From contig NC_045696.1 of NCBI RefSeq assembly GCF_009834535.1, forward strand, positions 61,382,001 to 61,446,000: DNA of 64,000 bases. The letters are read 5' to 3'. The number at the start of each line of letters is the position of its first letter. The stretch's first letter is position 1. Shown piece by piece: positions 1-13,297 of this stretch. The notes under the pieces are model-generated. The model had not been told where the DNA came from and did no database searches. It saw only the letters and a list, made by a program, of their open reading frames with translations. The translations under genes were made by a program, and so were the position numbers. The stretch comes from Camelus ferus (Eukaryota).

Positions 1-592
1 TAAACACTAAAGAGAGCTACTCAACCACATTTGGTATAAGACTAAGTGTGAAGCCAACATGGGTCAAATGTCCTTGGAGACTTTACTTGTACCCATTTGT
101 TAAAGTCCCTTCCTAATGTCCCAGTTTTGTGACATAATTTTTGAAATAAAACTTAAACAGCTCTAAGTAAAGCATGAATTATATTCTGCTTCAATTATAA
201 TGTTTATTGGTCCCCGTCTGCTAGCATGACACCTGATAATGAGATAGAAAAGTGAATAGGCCCTGTTGACCTCCTAATTCAGAATTTTTGCTAATATTTG
301 CTAATTTTGCAATATAAACTGGTTTGGTGTCAATACCCTCGTTCAGGTAAGCCTTACCGTACCTGTAGTTATTTGGTCTAGTCTCCCATCTCCGCAGAAG
401 AATGACTATTTCTTAGTCACATGTTGGATCTGTAGGTCTAAGAAAAAGCCCATCTTTTGCATGGAAGGGAACCTAGACCAGGTAATTCTAGATGTGGTAA
501 AGCAATTTAGATTCAAGTGAGGAAGCCTACATCTTCTGCTCCTCAGTCGTGGTCTTTACCTCACTGAAGTCTGCCTTCTCTTTCCACTCTAG

Positions 593-747
593 CATTGGGT
601 CCTGTGGAGATTTCCCTCACGGTCATCATGACCTTGCTTGTCCTGGGTTCAATCGCCATCTTCCTGGAGGATGCTGTCTACATACACAAGAACACTCGCT
701 GCCCCATCAAGAGGAAGACTCTTCTCTGGATGAGCTCTGCACCCACG
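593..747 (+). CDS. SLC51A: Organic solute transporter alpha, exon 3 (exons 1-2 upstream of window)
   Basis: ctctag|CA TTG...CCC ACG|gtgagg; 155 nt; (A)LGPVEISLTVIMTLLVLGSIAIFLEDAVYIHKNTRCPIKRKTLLWMSSAPT. Confidence 0.95.
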
Positions 748-1490
748 GTGAGGGCCTGGTAGCTGCTCTTTGAGAGGGACCAGAGAGGAACTAGGGTCCA
801 TTTTGAGGATTCCTTTAAACTCAATAATTCAAGTCAGCAATGAGGTGCCTTCCTCTACCACCTTAGGGTGGGGGTTTTAATCTGATTTCTGTTTGCAGTC
901 AGGACCCCTTGCTTGGAAGATCAACGGACAGTGGGATAGAGTATTCGAAACCTTAGAGCCACCGAGACAGCTAGAGAAACTGCTCAGCCCACCAGCAGCC
1001 CCACTCACTACTCCCTCACTATGATACTGCTGTTAAAAGCAAGCCTCATTCCTGTACAGACAGAGCAGTGGTTCCTCAGCATGTAGTAGGAGAAGAATTT
1101 TCCCCTATGGGGTCATGCTTACCCTACCCTTACATTGCAGGTCCTTTTAACTCCCCCACAGCCATTGGATAGCTCTTTGGCTTGCTCTCAGGCCATAAGG
1201 TAGGACTTCTCTTTCCTTGTGGTGAGCTCTGTGTCTGTGTGGGGTGAAGAACAAAGTCCTTGAGGCCCTTTCCTGCCAGATAACATCTGCCTGGGCCATC
1301 TCAAGTCATCAGGGTTGCTCTAATAACATGGGATGTTGAAAAGGAAGGGTTGGATCTTGATCCACTTACTTCTAAAGACAAACTAACCTCCTATCCCATG
1401 AATATAGGTTGAGAGAGTCTTCAAAAGAGCCCCTGGCTCAAAGTGACTTGCTGTCTCTAACCCTAGACAAGGAATAAACTGACAGCTGAA

Positions 1491-1557
1491 TTTTAATTGG
1501 CAATAATCACACCTCAGATAAACCTCATTGGCTGCAATACTGCCACTGTGCAAAGTT
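1491..1557 (-). pseudogene. U4 snRNA retropseudogene (5' ~67 nt only, tailless)
   Basis: Minus strand AACTTTGCACAGTGGCAGTATTGCAGCCAATGAGGTTTATCTGAGGTGTGATTATTGCCAATTAAAA matches the U4 5' end; TSD TGACAGCTGAATTTT at 1480-1494 and 1558-1572. Confidence 0.93.
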
Positions 1558-1727
1558 TGACAGCTGAATTTTTTAAGAAGTTTTAGTTAGTTATTTTTTT
1601 CAGCTGGCCACCTTTAAGTAATGATGCCTCAAATGTTTAAGTTTTGCTTCCTTAAGTCCTTGAAGCAAAAGGTGAGCATGAAGTCTCCCTCGTTGTCCTA
1701 ACCTGCTCTTTGCTCCTCTCCAAGCAG

Positions 1728-1801
1728 ACAGTGTCTGCATTCTGCTGCTTTGGTCTCTGGATCCCTCGTGCCCTCACACTTGTGGAAATGACCATAGCCG
1801 C
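1728..1801 (+). CDS. SLC51A: OST-alpha exon 4
   Basis: aagcag|ACA...GCC GC|gtgagt; 74 nt; TVSAFCCFGLWIPRALTLVEMTIA. Confidence 0.95.
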
Positions 1802-2236
1802 GTGAGTGTCCTGCCCCACCCCCAGCTCTGGGCTGTATATCCTTCTGGGGTCCTCTCCCTGCTCCCTTCTCTCCCAGACTCCAGAGTCCATGTCTTCTTT
1901 TATCCCCTGTCCCTTCCATAAATCCCTGCAAACCAGCTGATCACAAATCTAGCACTTTCCAACTTGTGCTAATCCAGGTCTCTTGAACTTCTAGTTCATC
2001 CTCAGGTGCCACTTTGCTCCCATAGCCCAAAATTGCCCTCTTCCCACCCTGTCCTCTCTCTCATTCCTCTTGGGTCACACATTTAGAACACCCAGTCCCT
2101 ACTGTGATCCCCTCAGGAAGCCCCACCTCTCCCTGCCTCCTTTGCAGTCTATTTTCCTTTGGCAGCACAGGGTATCCTCTCAGCTGCCGCCGCCTCCCTT
2201 TCTGTGTACTCAGGCCCACCTCTCTCCTGACGCTAG

Positions 2237-2395
2237 GTTTTACTCGGTGTACTTTTACCTGCTGATGCACATCATGGTGGAAGGCTTTGGTGGGAAGGAG
2301 GCAGTAATGAGGACACTGAAGGACACCCCAGTGAGGATCCATACAGGCCCTTGCTGCTGCTGCTGCCCCTGCTGCCCCAAAATCATGCTCACCAG
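2237..2395 (+). CDS. SLC51A: OST-alpha exon 5 (Cys cluster)
   Basis: ctag|G TTT...ACC AG|gtaagt; 159 nt; FYSVYFYLLMHIMVEGFGGKEAVMRTLKDTPVRIHTGPCCCCCPCCPKIMLTR. Confidence 0.97.
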
Positions 2396-2958
2396 GTAAG
2401 TCGGGAGGGAGAAGCAGCGGGAGGAACAGGTCAGCCTCTGCCTGCACTCTCCCCGGAGCCTTGTTGGCTCTCGCAGCCCTGCTTCAAGCCTCTTGGAACA
2501 AGGCTTGTATGGAACAAAACCAGTGATGAGAGGGTGGGCATCCCACAGCCAGCGCCCTCACACTGGGCGCCCACCCAGAGGTGAGAGGAGCAGAGGAAGG
2601 AGAACTCCGAAGTTCCCATCACTTAAGCTCACCGCCCCCTACAAACTACCACCCAGAGCAAACTAGACTTTGGGCTATTTACTTCCCCTTTTTTGTCCAT
2701 TTTGGGTTGTAAAGTTGGGATCAACACTCAGTTCTTGCTCAAAAGGCAGCATTCTGGTCTGACAGTGAGTGGGAGGCAAGAGGGAAGGTTCCCAAGGCTG
2801 TCAACATTCTGGCTTTTTCCTGAGTCCACATCCGTTTAACCGTTGGGTGACTGTGATGGCAGCCACACTTCAGCCCAGGAGCCCAGTGAGGGAGCAGGAA
2901 GGGCTTCTTGGGGCAGGTAGTTTGTTCACCCATGTTCCTAACCCTCTTCCCTCCTCAG

Positions 2959-3070
2959 GAAGAAGCTTCAGCTCCTGATGTTCGGCCCCATCCAGTATGC
3001 CTTCTTCAAGATAACACTGAGCCTAGCGGGCCTGTTTCTCGTCCCTGATGGCGTCTATGACCCATCAGAC
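2959..3070 (+). CDS. SLC51A: OST-alpha exon 6
   Basis: ctcag|G AAG...TCA GAC|gtaagc; 112 nt; KKLQLLMFGPIQYAFFKITLSLAGLFLVPDGVYDPSD. Confidence 0.95.
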
Positions 3071-3359
3071 GTAAGCAAGGAGTGAGGGGCAGCAAAGCCC
3101 AAGATTCATTTAATACCTTTGAGCTCTAGAAGGAAGAGTTGGGGCCAATATCACCTGATACAGGGCCCCAGGGGTGGGGTAGCCCCGGGGACAGGGTGAC
3201 TGTGGAAAAGTAGAGGCTCGTGGACTCCAGTGGGAAGAGAGGGGATGGGGAGAGGCCAAGGCTTTGGGCTTTTTTACTTTCCCCACCATGGGAGAGGGGA
3301 AATAAAGGGAGGAGGAAGGGCCTGCCTCCCTTGCTGACTACTTCCTGGTCTGCCACCAG

Positions 3360-3506
3360 ATTTCTGAGAGGAGCACAGCTCTGTGGATCAACACTTTCCT
3401 CGGTGTGTCCACTCTGCTGGCTCTGTGGGCCCTGGGCATCGTTTTCCGTCAAGCCAAGCTGCACCTGGGCGAGCAGAACATGGGAGCCAAATTCTATCTC
3501 TTCCAG
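3360..3506 (+). CDS. SLC51A: OST-alpha exon 7
   Basis: accag|ATT...TTC CAG|gtaacc; 147 nt; ISERSTALWINTFLGVSTLLALWALGIVFRQAKLHLGEQNMGAKFYLFQ. Confidence 0.95.
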
Positions 3507-3677
3507 GTAACCATACCCTGGGAGAGAAAGATGGCTAATAATCAGCCACAAATAATAGGGGTTCAGAGCCGAGACTAATAAAGGCTAAAAGTGGGTCTGG
3601 GAAGCTTCTTAAGCCTTAGGTTTCCTGTGAGATTTGGAAAATAATCCCTGCCCTTCCCCAGTTTTGCTTTTCTGTGC

Positions 3678-4146
3678 TGTAATAGTCTCCTGGGACTGGT
3701 GTAACAAAACATCACAAATTGGGTGGCTTAAAACAACAGAAATTTATTGTCTCACAGTTCTAAAGGCTAGATGTCCAAAATCAAGCTTTCAGCCGACCCA
3801 CACTCCCTCTGAAACCTGTCAGGGAGAATCCTTCCTTGATCTTCCTGACTCCTGTGGTTTGCAGCAACCCTTGGCATCCTTGGCTCACAGTGGCATCACT
3901 CCTCCAACATCACATGGCATTTCGCCCTCATGTGTCTGTGTCTCACGTCTCTTTTCCTCTTCTTATAATGACACCAGTCATATTGGAATAAGGACCCACC
4001 CTACTCCTACTAACCTCATCTTAACCTAATTACAACTAATTAGTTAACCAAAACAATGATGCTATTTCCAAACAAGGTCACATTCTGAGCTACTGGGAGT
4101 TAGGCTTCAACATATCTTTTCTGGGGACACAATGAAACCCATAACA
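3678..4146 (-). mobile_element. MaLR solo LTR (MLT1-type)
   Basis: Typical MLT1 motifs: gggtggcttaaaacaacagaaatttattgtctcacagttct ... aaggtcacattctgag ... ggggacacaatgaaacccataaca. Confidence 0.85.
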
Positions 4147-5014
4147 CATGTGATTATCCAACCTTAAATTCTTATGTCTTTGCTTTTTTCTTCTTCTCTA
4201 CCCATTACTTCTAAAAACCCTATAGTTTATCACCACCAGCAACATCAACATTATCACAGCTACAACTATGAACTACCTGTACCACATAGACATTTTTCAT
4301 GCATAAATTACATTTAAATGTTCACTACAATCTTAAAGAGTCATTACTATTTCTTTTTGACCAGTGAGGAAACAGATGTTATGGGGCTTGCTCAAAGGCA
4401 CATAAGGCTTGGAACTGGAATTTAAACCTAGATCTGTCTACTCCTAAACCCACATCCCTTCTTCTCATCACATTGCCTCTTCATCTTCACATCTTTTCTG
4501 AAAATTCTCTCAAAGGCAAATGCAATGACTTCTAGCCCAATATTGTTTTCCTTCTTTCTCCATTCTTTCTTCTCCTTGTTGGGCCCTTCTCCTACTCCCA
4601 AGGCACAATGACTCCTGTAGAGCTAACAGGGTGATTTCACATACATTCTCATTTGATCTAAGCAAGTGCCACTGGAATGTGAATTTACAGGCACATAGAA
4701 GGTAGAATCAGAGGGTCTGTAGGAAGACAGAAGAGCCTGAAATGGAGTAAGAGACTGAAGGGACACAGAAAGGACCTGGGCCCCTTAGGGTCAGGCCATA
4801 GGATAAAACCCCTTGATGGCCGAGCCTGCCCATGAATATTATGGGGAAGCCTGGATGAGCCAAGTCTGCCCAGAAGAGGCTGTGCTTTAGAAAAGTGTAT
4901 GTACTCAAGAGAGGGCAAGTACCAGGACACATTTCAAACACAGCAGTGGGCCAGCTGTCCTCGGCGCCATGGATGCTGGGCCTCCTGCCCTCACTTTCCT
5001 TTTCTGTTCTGCAG

Positions 5015-5120
5015 GCGCTCCTTATTCTGTCTGCCGTGCAGCCAGCCATTTTCTCAGTCTTGGCCAACAGTGGGCAGATTGCTTGTTCGCCACCCTTTTC
5101 CTCTAAAATCAGGTCTCAAG
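5015..5120 (+). CDS. SLC51A: OST-alpha exon 8
   Basis: ctgcag|GCG...CAA G|gtgagc; 106 nt; ALLILSAVQPAIFSVLANSGQIACSPPFSSKIRSQ. Confidence 0.95.
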
Positions 5121-5661
5121 GTGAGCACATAAGGGCGCCTGTCCCAGGCCAGGATGGTCAAGACGGGGAGGTCAGGGAAGAGAGGACCTTAGAACAGAAG
5201 GTGGGCCAGCCAGCCTCAGAAAACTTAGAATATTCTGATCAAAAAGGAACCTCCAAGAAATCTAGCTGAGGCTCTACTAAGGAGACTATGACTTCTGTGA
5301 TCACACAGAGGACAGCTGCAAGCCCACAGCTTCAGGCCAGTCGTGATGGCCAACCCAGGAAGCCATGAGTTCAGTCCTCAGCTCCTGGAAGAGGAATGGG
5401 TCTGGTGAGGAAGCAGAAGGTCATGCTGATAAAATATACAAAAGAAATGGAGTTTAATGCTGGCCTCAAATTGCAGAACCAACTTCTGGTTCTGGCTTTA
5501 CTATTAACCTGCTATGTTACTTCTGACAACTTAATATCTCTAGGTCCTGGTTTGAGGAGAAATTAGATAAAGTGTTGTTCAACTTATACGCCAGGGCTGC
5601 TAGTGGGATTCTGCATCTGTAAGTTAGCATAACCAACATTATATTTCGCCCCACGCTGCAG

Positions 5662-5798
5662 TGATGAACTGCCATCTCCTCATCCTGGAGTCCTTTCTGA
5701 TAACTGTGCTGATACGAATGTACTACCGAAGGAAAGACAGCAAGGTCGGGTATGAACCTTTCTCTTCTCCAGATCTGGATTCAAACGTCAAAGCCTGA
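5662..5798 (+). CDS. SLC51A: OST-alpha exon 9 (last coding, stop TGA 5796-5798)
   Basis: ctgcag|TG ATG AAC...; (V)MNCHLLILESFLITVLIRMYYRRKDSKVGYEPFSSPDLDSNVKA*. Confidence 0.95.
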
Positions 5799-6010
5799 GG
5801 TGGATGACTTGGACAATCAAAGAGACACTGTACTCATTAGATGGGCACAAGATTTCTTTACTGACCCCCAACCTTGACCAAATGGGGGTGGTTTCCATTG
5901 TCAGCGCAAGCTGGCAGATCACATACACTTGACTATAGAGACAAATGTGAACTATGCGATAGGATGAAATTGTTTTGGATCTGGCCTGAGGAAGGTATTT
6001 TAAGTTTTAT

Positions 6011-6016
6011 AATAAA
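6011..6016 (+). terminator. SLC51A polyadenylation signal (second AATAAA at 6124-6129)
   Basis: AATAAA ~210 nt after the stop codon. Confidence 0.65.
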
Positions 6017-6514
6017 CAGGATGGAGTTTGATATTCTATAACGGGGCACAGTGCCTTTGTGGGTGCCACTATCAGCCCTTAAAGCTTGTATATTAAAAGT
6101 TCACTCTCAATCTTTCCAAAGCAAATAAAAGGGTGAAGAGTATATCGTAGTTTTCCTAGTATAATAACAGGAACAGAACTCAGCCAAGCCAAGCAGTATG
6201 AACCCAAAGTCTCAAAGAAACACAGACTTCTGAAGAACAGATGGACAGTGTTCCTTCTCTTACAGATATGTCATTAGGGCACTGATGACATTAGACCTGG
6301 GAGATCTGGACCAGCCTCCTTTTGTGGGACAGTGGCTTTTTGAGTCTTCGGTACCATGCTGCAAAAGGAACCCCTGAAAATATGGTCATCAAGGAATTTT
6401 GAGAAGGTAAATTAGGATGCAAAAGCAAAGGAATTGATAGTACAGGTAAAACCCCAAATACATAAAACATTACATACACACGTATACCAGGTCAAAAACA
6501 TAGAAAATGGAACA

Positions 6515-9500
6515 TTAGGTAAAACCACTTTATCTTTATTTGGCTGATGACAAAAGCCAAAATAACTGAACAAATTAATAACACTCAGACAGGAAAACAA
6601 TATACTGAACACCAATTGAGGAAAACGTCCTTGTGGACACCGGCACTGGCGATGGGGCCAACATTCACGCCAAGGGCAGCATTTCTTTCCAACACTCTTT
6701 TCAGGATCCTCAATACAAAACAATCCCAACCAATCAAGTCTCTGTTCAAAACAGTCAGTGCCTCCCTAAGAAGGGTGGGAAAGCCCACTTGAAACCTGAA
6801 AAAACACAACTGGAGTCATCCTAATGTTAAACCAAGCACTTTTGTTTTCTACCCCAATCTGAGTACTAACATTACGCTTTGGCAGACAGAATATCTTTCT
6901 CCTTTCTTTTAAAGAAAATTAACTTTTAATAGTATAATCCCAAGAACATATTTTACTGTGTGGAAAAATAAAAACTAGGGACCACTATTTATCCCATGAC
7001 AACCTATTCTACAAGAGAAAACAAGAACAATCGTTGCATGACTTTGAAAAATATAACTTTAAAAATACTTACATTGGTAAGCTTAAAAAAAATACCATTA
7101 GATAAAAACATTGTTAAGGGAGCTTTTTTTTCCTATCTGTACTGGTTCAACTTCTGATGAAAGTGTGTGCTGGCAGAAAATGCAGAAGATATGGCTTTTA
7201 GGGAATTAAACAAAAGCTGCAAACTATAATTGATTTGGAAAGACTTCAGATAAAGGGTCTGAAACAAGATTAACAAAGCAATGAGCTCCAGAAACACAAA
7301 AGCTACCGACAAATAAGAAAGAGACTAAAAAGCACTGTGAAGAACCATTGCAGAGGGAATATCCAAAGACTGCCTGGACAGCTGTGTGGTCACAAGTGAG
7401 AAAAATGTACTTCAGATGCTGCCTAAGAAGTTATCAGTGATGAGAAAAGGTCAAAAGTTCTCTTGACTTCCCTCAAATTTTTTCCTCCATTCAAGATTTT
7501 CAACCTCCTCACACCCCCAACCTTCTTACCCAAGCCTCGGCAAAATAATGGCCTTTGGCTCTAGCTATCAGAAGCAGCTGCGGCAGTACAAATGATCCAT
7601 TTCTATTCCTCTAAAATTTCAACCTCTATCCTTCAGTGTTACTGAGTCTAGTGTATGAAAAGAGCAAAGTCTCTGCCCAGCCCGTCTCAAGGTAACTGCT
7701 GAAACGGCACCTCCTCAGCACCAGCTACAGGGCTTCTGTCTCCACTCTCCTTCTGTCTTGCACACACAGGCTCCGAGGCCAACCAACTTTTAAGGCTCTC
7801 CCATTTCTGCCACATTTGGCCTATTCAGGCTGGCTGCTTCGTGTGTGGGACTCAGGGAAACAGCTAATTAATTTTAAAATTAGTATTAGAGGGCAATATT
7901 AACAATAATACTTAAAGATTTACAGATCACATACACAGTTGTGGAATTCGAACCTCGAACCTTATTTAATTAGGCACAAGTGATCAAATAATGCATTATC
8001 CCAACAGCTTTCTCCACAAACGCCCCCCATCCAGCACCTAGGGTCATATTTATCCCAAAGTATCTAGCATGCCACATCATAACATTTTTTGCTTTCAGTC
8101 AAAATTATATGAAGATAAACCAATGTTAGAAGACTAAGGCCACAGAGGCTCACCCAAAGGAGTGAGAGAGTTTTCCAAGAACATGTGCATATGCTGGCAG
8201 CAGCAGTCTCACAGAGCTTGTCAGCCCAGAGGTCATATTCCAAGGGCAGGACATGCCAAAAGCAGCCCATCACAGAGCAGAGGAGGAGGGCCAAACACCT
8301 GGGACCCAGACAGTATACATGAGAGGAGTGACTGCAGGGAGAAAAACCACATTCTGGGCACCTCCCTTTCCAAATACACTTGGAGAGCATGTGTTATTTG
8401 AGGGAGCAGGTAGTGTGACTTCAGTGGTGACTTCACTGCTTTTCTATCAACAGAAGTGGGCGGAATTCCCAGAGAGGGAAGACTGAAGTAGAAAAGTTAA
8501 AACATTTGATCACATGAAGCTGGGTAACATAGGAAAACGTTAACTTTAACTGTTCCCCAAATAGGATTCCAAGCCAAAACTTGTGTAAACCAGATTTGAT
8601 AATAAAAATAGCACTTCAAGTGAAGAGTTAGAAATGAGTTTTCATAGGCCATCAGGACAACAAGAGGTTTCCCCCTCTTTGTCCCTCTGCTCTGCCTCTC
8701 TGGGTAATCTGAGTTTTAAGAATCTAGGTAGTCCCTGCTGTGCAGGCAGGCAGTGATTCTAGTCACTGACCCTCAGGCAGAACAGGTTTTACCAGAAAAT
8801 GTTTAGGGAGGGGACTATGAGATGCTCACAGCCCTAGCAGAGGGGCAAGAAAAGATAAAATGTGGTTTTCTTAGCTGAAAACACTAAAACTCCACCCCCA
8901 CAAGGGGTATTTATGAGTGATGGGGTGGGGCCTCGACATAAGCATTTTTTACCCTGAACCCAATGACAGGATTACTGATGGATGATGATCTCCTAGGTCA
9001 CATACTGTAGGATGCTAGAGGTTTAAAAGGAGCTCATGCTCAACAGCAAGTGATAAACTTCAGCATTCTCTGATGTGAAATTTAAAATTTAAGTGGTAGC
9101 CTAACACAGGAGGTGGAACCAGGCAGAAGGACAGGGAGGGAACCTACCACACTCTTGTAGTGTGGGCCCTTGCTTGGTGGTTTGCTGAATGGGCAGTGGG
9201 CAGGAGTCCCTGCCAGCGGCAACTCCCAGAGGAAAAGAAACACCTCGTGGAGCACTGGCTCCAGTGAGGACACTCTTAAGACAGGAAAAGGTCAAGATAA
9301 AGCTTTAAAAAGGGATGTGTTTCCTTATGCTTTTGTGCCTATGTTCTTTGCAGATCTCTCTGAATATTCAATATGGCTATTAGTGACATGAATTAACAGA
9401 TCATGTTCAAACTGCAGACATTTACAAAGTATCCTTTGTAAAAAAAAGCTAGGTAATAAGTATGAAAATAGGAGTAACAGGGCCAGGGACTCACTCCCAG

Positions 9501-10396
9501 GAGGAAAATTGATCTGAACTGACTTTGTATAGGATTGAGTACTGTCCCACTCCCCTCCTCAGTGAGAGTAAGCCTGAAAGTGTTCCTTCCTTTAGGAGGG
9601 TAGACTGCAAGAAAGATTGACAAGAGCTCCCAAATAACTGGGCAACAGAATTTTCTGAGATGAACATAGCAGAAGAAAAGCAGCTAATGCCACGTGGTCT
9701 GGTTCCAGCCCCATCAGTGTCTTCATGGACCCCATTGGGTTCAACAAGAAACTCCTCAGGGAGTAAGAAAAGTTAGGCTCAGATCTCCTTCCTCCCACAG
9801 CCACAATGACACATGTGCCAGTAGTACACTTAGGGGATCTGTGACTGTTACTCAGCTTAGTTTTTTTAAAAAAGGAAACCAAAGTTATGGTATCTCCCTC
9901 CAAATCACCCAGCAGCATGGCTCACTGCCTGAAGGACTTGGCAAGACAGTTTGCCTCAGAATGGAAGGCAAACCCTATAATGAATCAGGAAGAAAAGGCC
10001 TCTTGTTACTATACCACTTCCTTCTGCCCGCTCCTTGGGGGCAAAAAATTAGTTCTACTTACTACATTTGAAAGACTAATTTTTAAAAAATTAATAAAAA
10101 TGACAATTTCCCTGTCAAGATCACATGAACATAAACAGTAAAGCGAAGTCCACGGGGAGGGTATATGAATGCAGAACAGGCTTCTAAGGTGCAGTCAGCC
10201 TCCTTCTTGGTGTGGTTGGGTGACGTCTCTTGGAGGATAGGCTGTCTGGTCCCCCCATCCTAGGTCCTTTTACCCCAGTTGTCTTTCCTTTGTAGCTGTC
10301 CTTAAGTTTAGTGTTGGGGTCACAATTTGGAATTCAACAGAGAGCTTCTGAAGGTGATGGGACAGAGAGAGGGGAGAGGAAAGGAGAGATGAAAAA
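6515..10396 (-). other. PCYT1A: PCYT1A long 3'UTR (approximate end)
   Basis: Repeat-poor stretch from the stop codon to the minus-strand AATAAA plus GU element. Confidence 0.6.
6535..6540 (-). terminator. Probable distal PCYT1A polyadenylation signal
   Basis: tttatt on plus; GU/U-rich downstream element on minus (tgtgtatgtaatgttttatgtatttggggtttt). Confidence 0.6.
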
Positions 10397-10639
<243 letters not shown>

Positions 10640-11423
10640 CTATGGATCCTACTAAAGCACTAATGGAGGATCTGAGACTTCAAATTATCATGAGTGCCCT
10701 CTGCAATGTCAAAAGTGATCGAGTAAGCCAGATGAGGAACACAGCCACAGTTCTAAGCAACTGCCTCCCCAAAGTGGTCTATGTTATACTCTGTATCTAA
10801 GGGCTCCCGGAACCTGCTATCCACAGTCACCCAATTCTTGACTGCTATGTCAAAGGAATTCTTAAAAGGCTACTTGGTCTGTAGTCCAGGCTTCAGGCAA
10901 AAACAAAGGCATTAACTCAGTCAAAAGGGTACCTATCCTAGTTTTAGAGTTCTCTGAAAAGGAAATTCCATATTCTCTCTGAATAATCTATTCTGGTACC
11001 CGAACACCCTCACAATCAGATTGTTCCTGATATCCTAGGGCTCACTTGCTAACAGCTACACATATACCTTTTATTTGGCTTGAAAGGACTTGCTACTCTT
11101 CAGGGACAGAATTCCCACCTAACCCAGTGATCCTGCAGCAGCTGTTTGTAGTGGAGGCAGCTTCCTTTTTTCTGTTCTTTGTCCTTCCCTTTCCTTCTAA
11201 AACTACAATGTAGAAGCAAGCTAGGCAAGGCTACTCACTGATCTTGTCACCTGATTTAGAGGTTGATAGAGAGCTGACAAAATTATTTAGGAGACTGTAT
11301 AACCTCTTTCTGTAAAGATTTTTAAAAACTTTCTGGAGATAGTTGAAATATAATTCTGCCCAATAAGGGGAACAGATGAGATAACTTCTTAATGTTGATG
11401 CCTCTTTCTGCTCAAGGATTCTA

Positions 11424-11687
<264 letters not shown>

Positions 11688-13154
11688 CTAGGTAAAGAAG
11701 TAACTGTTCTGAGAAATGATACTCACTCTGACCTTCCACACCAAGGGGAAGGAAAAGACTTAGTTTGGCATTCTTTTGACGTTCCTTTTAGTCTTGAGAA
11801 TTTCACTTTGCTTTAATCTAGCCCACACTTCTCTAGCCTCATAACAGATATGTTCTAGATGGCCATCTTATACAAAAGTACAATAATTCTAAGATTGTAG
11901 AAGCCCAGGACTAAACTAAATATATAAGGTAAGCCCAGTAACAGACAGGCATATACCAAATGAAATCAGACTTTTTAAGACAAAACATAAACTTGGAAGA
12001 TAACCATGCCCAACAAAACCCAAACCCAATTCCAAATGGAGATGTAAGGGGAGGAAAAAACAAGATCACTGCACAATATTGCCAAGAATAAGCCAACTAT
12101 AACAGGTTGGAAGTAGAAATAGCAGGTCTTTTACTTAATTCATTTATTGTACTGGATTTCTTCCCTCCATCATTGGCTTATTCTGTGATTATAGAGGAGT
12201 TTTTTTGTTTTGTTTTGCTTTGCTTTCTGTTTTTTAACATTTGGAGGTTTGTTCATTTGCAAAACGAGGATGATACTCTTTGATCCTACCAGCTTCTCTA
12301 AAGATAAGGGGAAATGGTATAAACCCTCTGGAGGGGAGGGGGGAGACCAAAAGGGGAACCAAATGAAGAGTATTCTCATATTTCCAGATCATAAAAGGGA
12401 AAGGGAGTATGTTTAGAATTTTTGAACACCTGAAAATAGATAAAGGTTCTGCAATATGTGGTAAACAACAGCTAGGGTTTATCTGCGTAGATAAAACACA
12501 TTTAGATGAAACCATTTCACCTATACATAATTCACAGAGCTGGGAGCAGGTGAGACAGCACGGTAAACTACTTGTGTCAAAGATACAATCAGCAGCTTTC
12601 TTCTTCTTTCTAAGTCAACTTTATTGAAGTATTATTTATATACAAAATGTATAGCAGTGTGTTTCTAAAGGGCAATATTAAGCCAAGATAAACTTGCTTT
12701 CAAAAATCAAAATTTAAAAGTTAGGTCCACGTGCTCTGAGAAACTGCATGCAAAATGTCGTGTGTTACTATTCACACAGGGAGAAGATCCATAGCTTTTA
12801 TCAGATTTGTAAAGACCATCCAATTAAAAAAAGAGTTAAGAACCACTGTTTTAGATGTATTTGATACAAATACTGTACTACATAAGTTATTCATTCTTAT
12901 TTATTTAATTGGCTGTGTGTCCTTACATCAGTGTGTTGATCCTGGACCATAAAGGCAGAAAGTGCCTCTCTTTATGAAATAGATACATCTATACTCTTTG
13001 TAAAGGGCTTGGCACAGTGTTATCTACGAAGAGGTATCCATTCTGCTTTTAGAGGTGATAATTACAGACTGAAAAGCAAGTTTAGCTTCGATGAAGTGAG
13101 AGGTAATATGTGTCCCATAGGGCCAAAGAACTCTGGGATGAAGTTGGAACTCAC

Positions 13155-13297
13155 ATTGATAAAGCTGACATTGAGCTCCTTGGCCGTGTAGCCCCTCTGT
13201 AGGTTCCGTCTGGCATATACATCGTAGTCACGGACAATTCGGGTGATGATGTCTGATGTGGAGATACCTTCTGTCCTCTGTGTTGGAGCAAACATGC
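13155..13297 (-). CDS. PCYT1A: CCT-alpha exon 7 (RTEGIST motif)
   Basis: 143 nt; (G)[47 protein letters not shown]. Confidence 0.97.

Noticed and set aside
1491..1557. Functional U4 snRNA
   Set aside because: Lacks the 3' half including the Sm site; CpG-decayed; flanked by a TSD.
2352..2376. (TGC)n repeat expansion
   Set aside because: It encodes the normal OST-alpha CCCCCPCC cysteine cluster.
2061..3551. Antisense or alternative-frame ORFs over SLC51A exons 5-7
   Set aside because: Shadows of GC-rich coding exons; no independent splice or promoter support.
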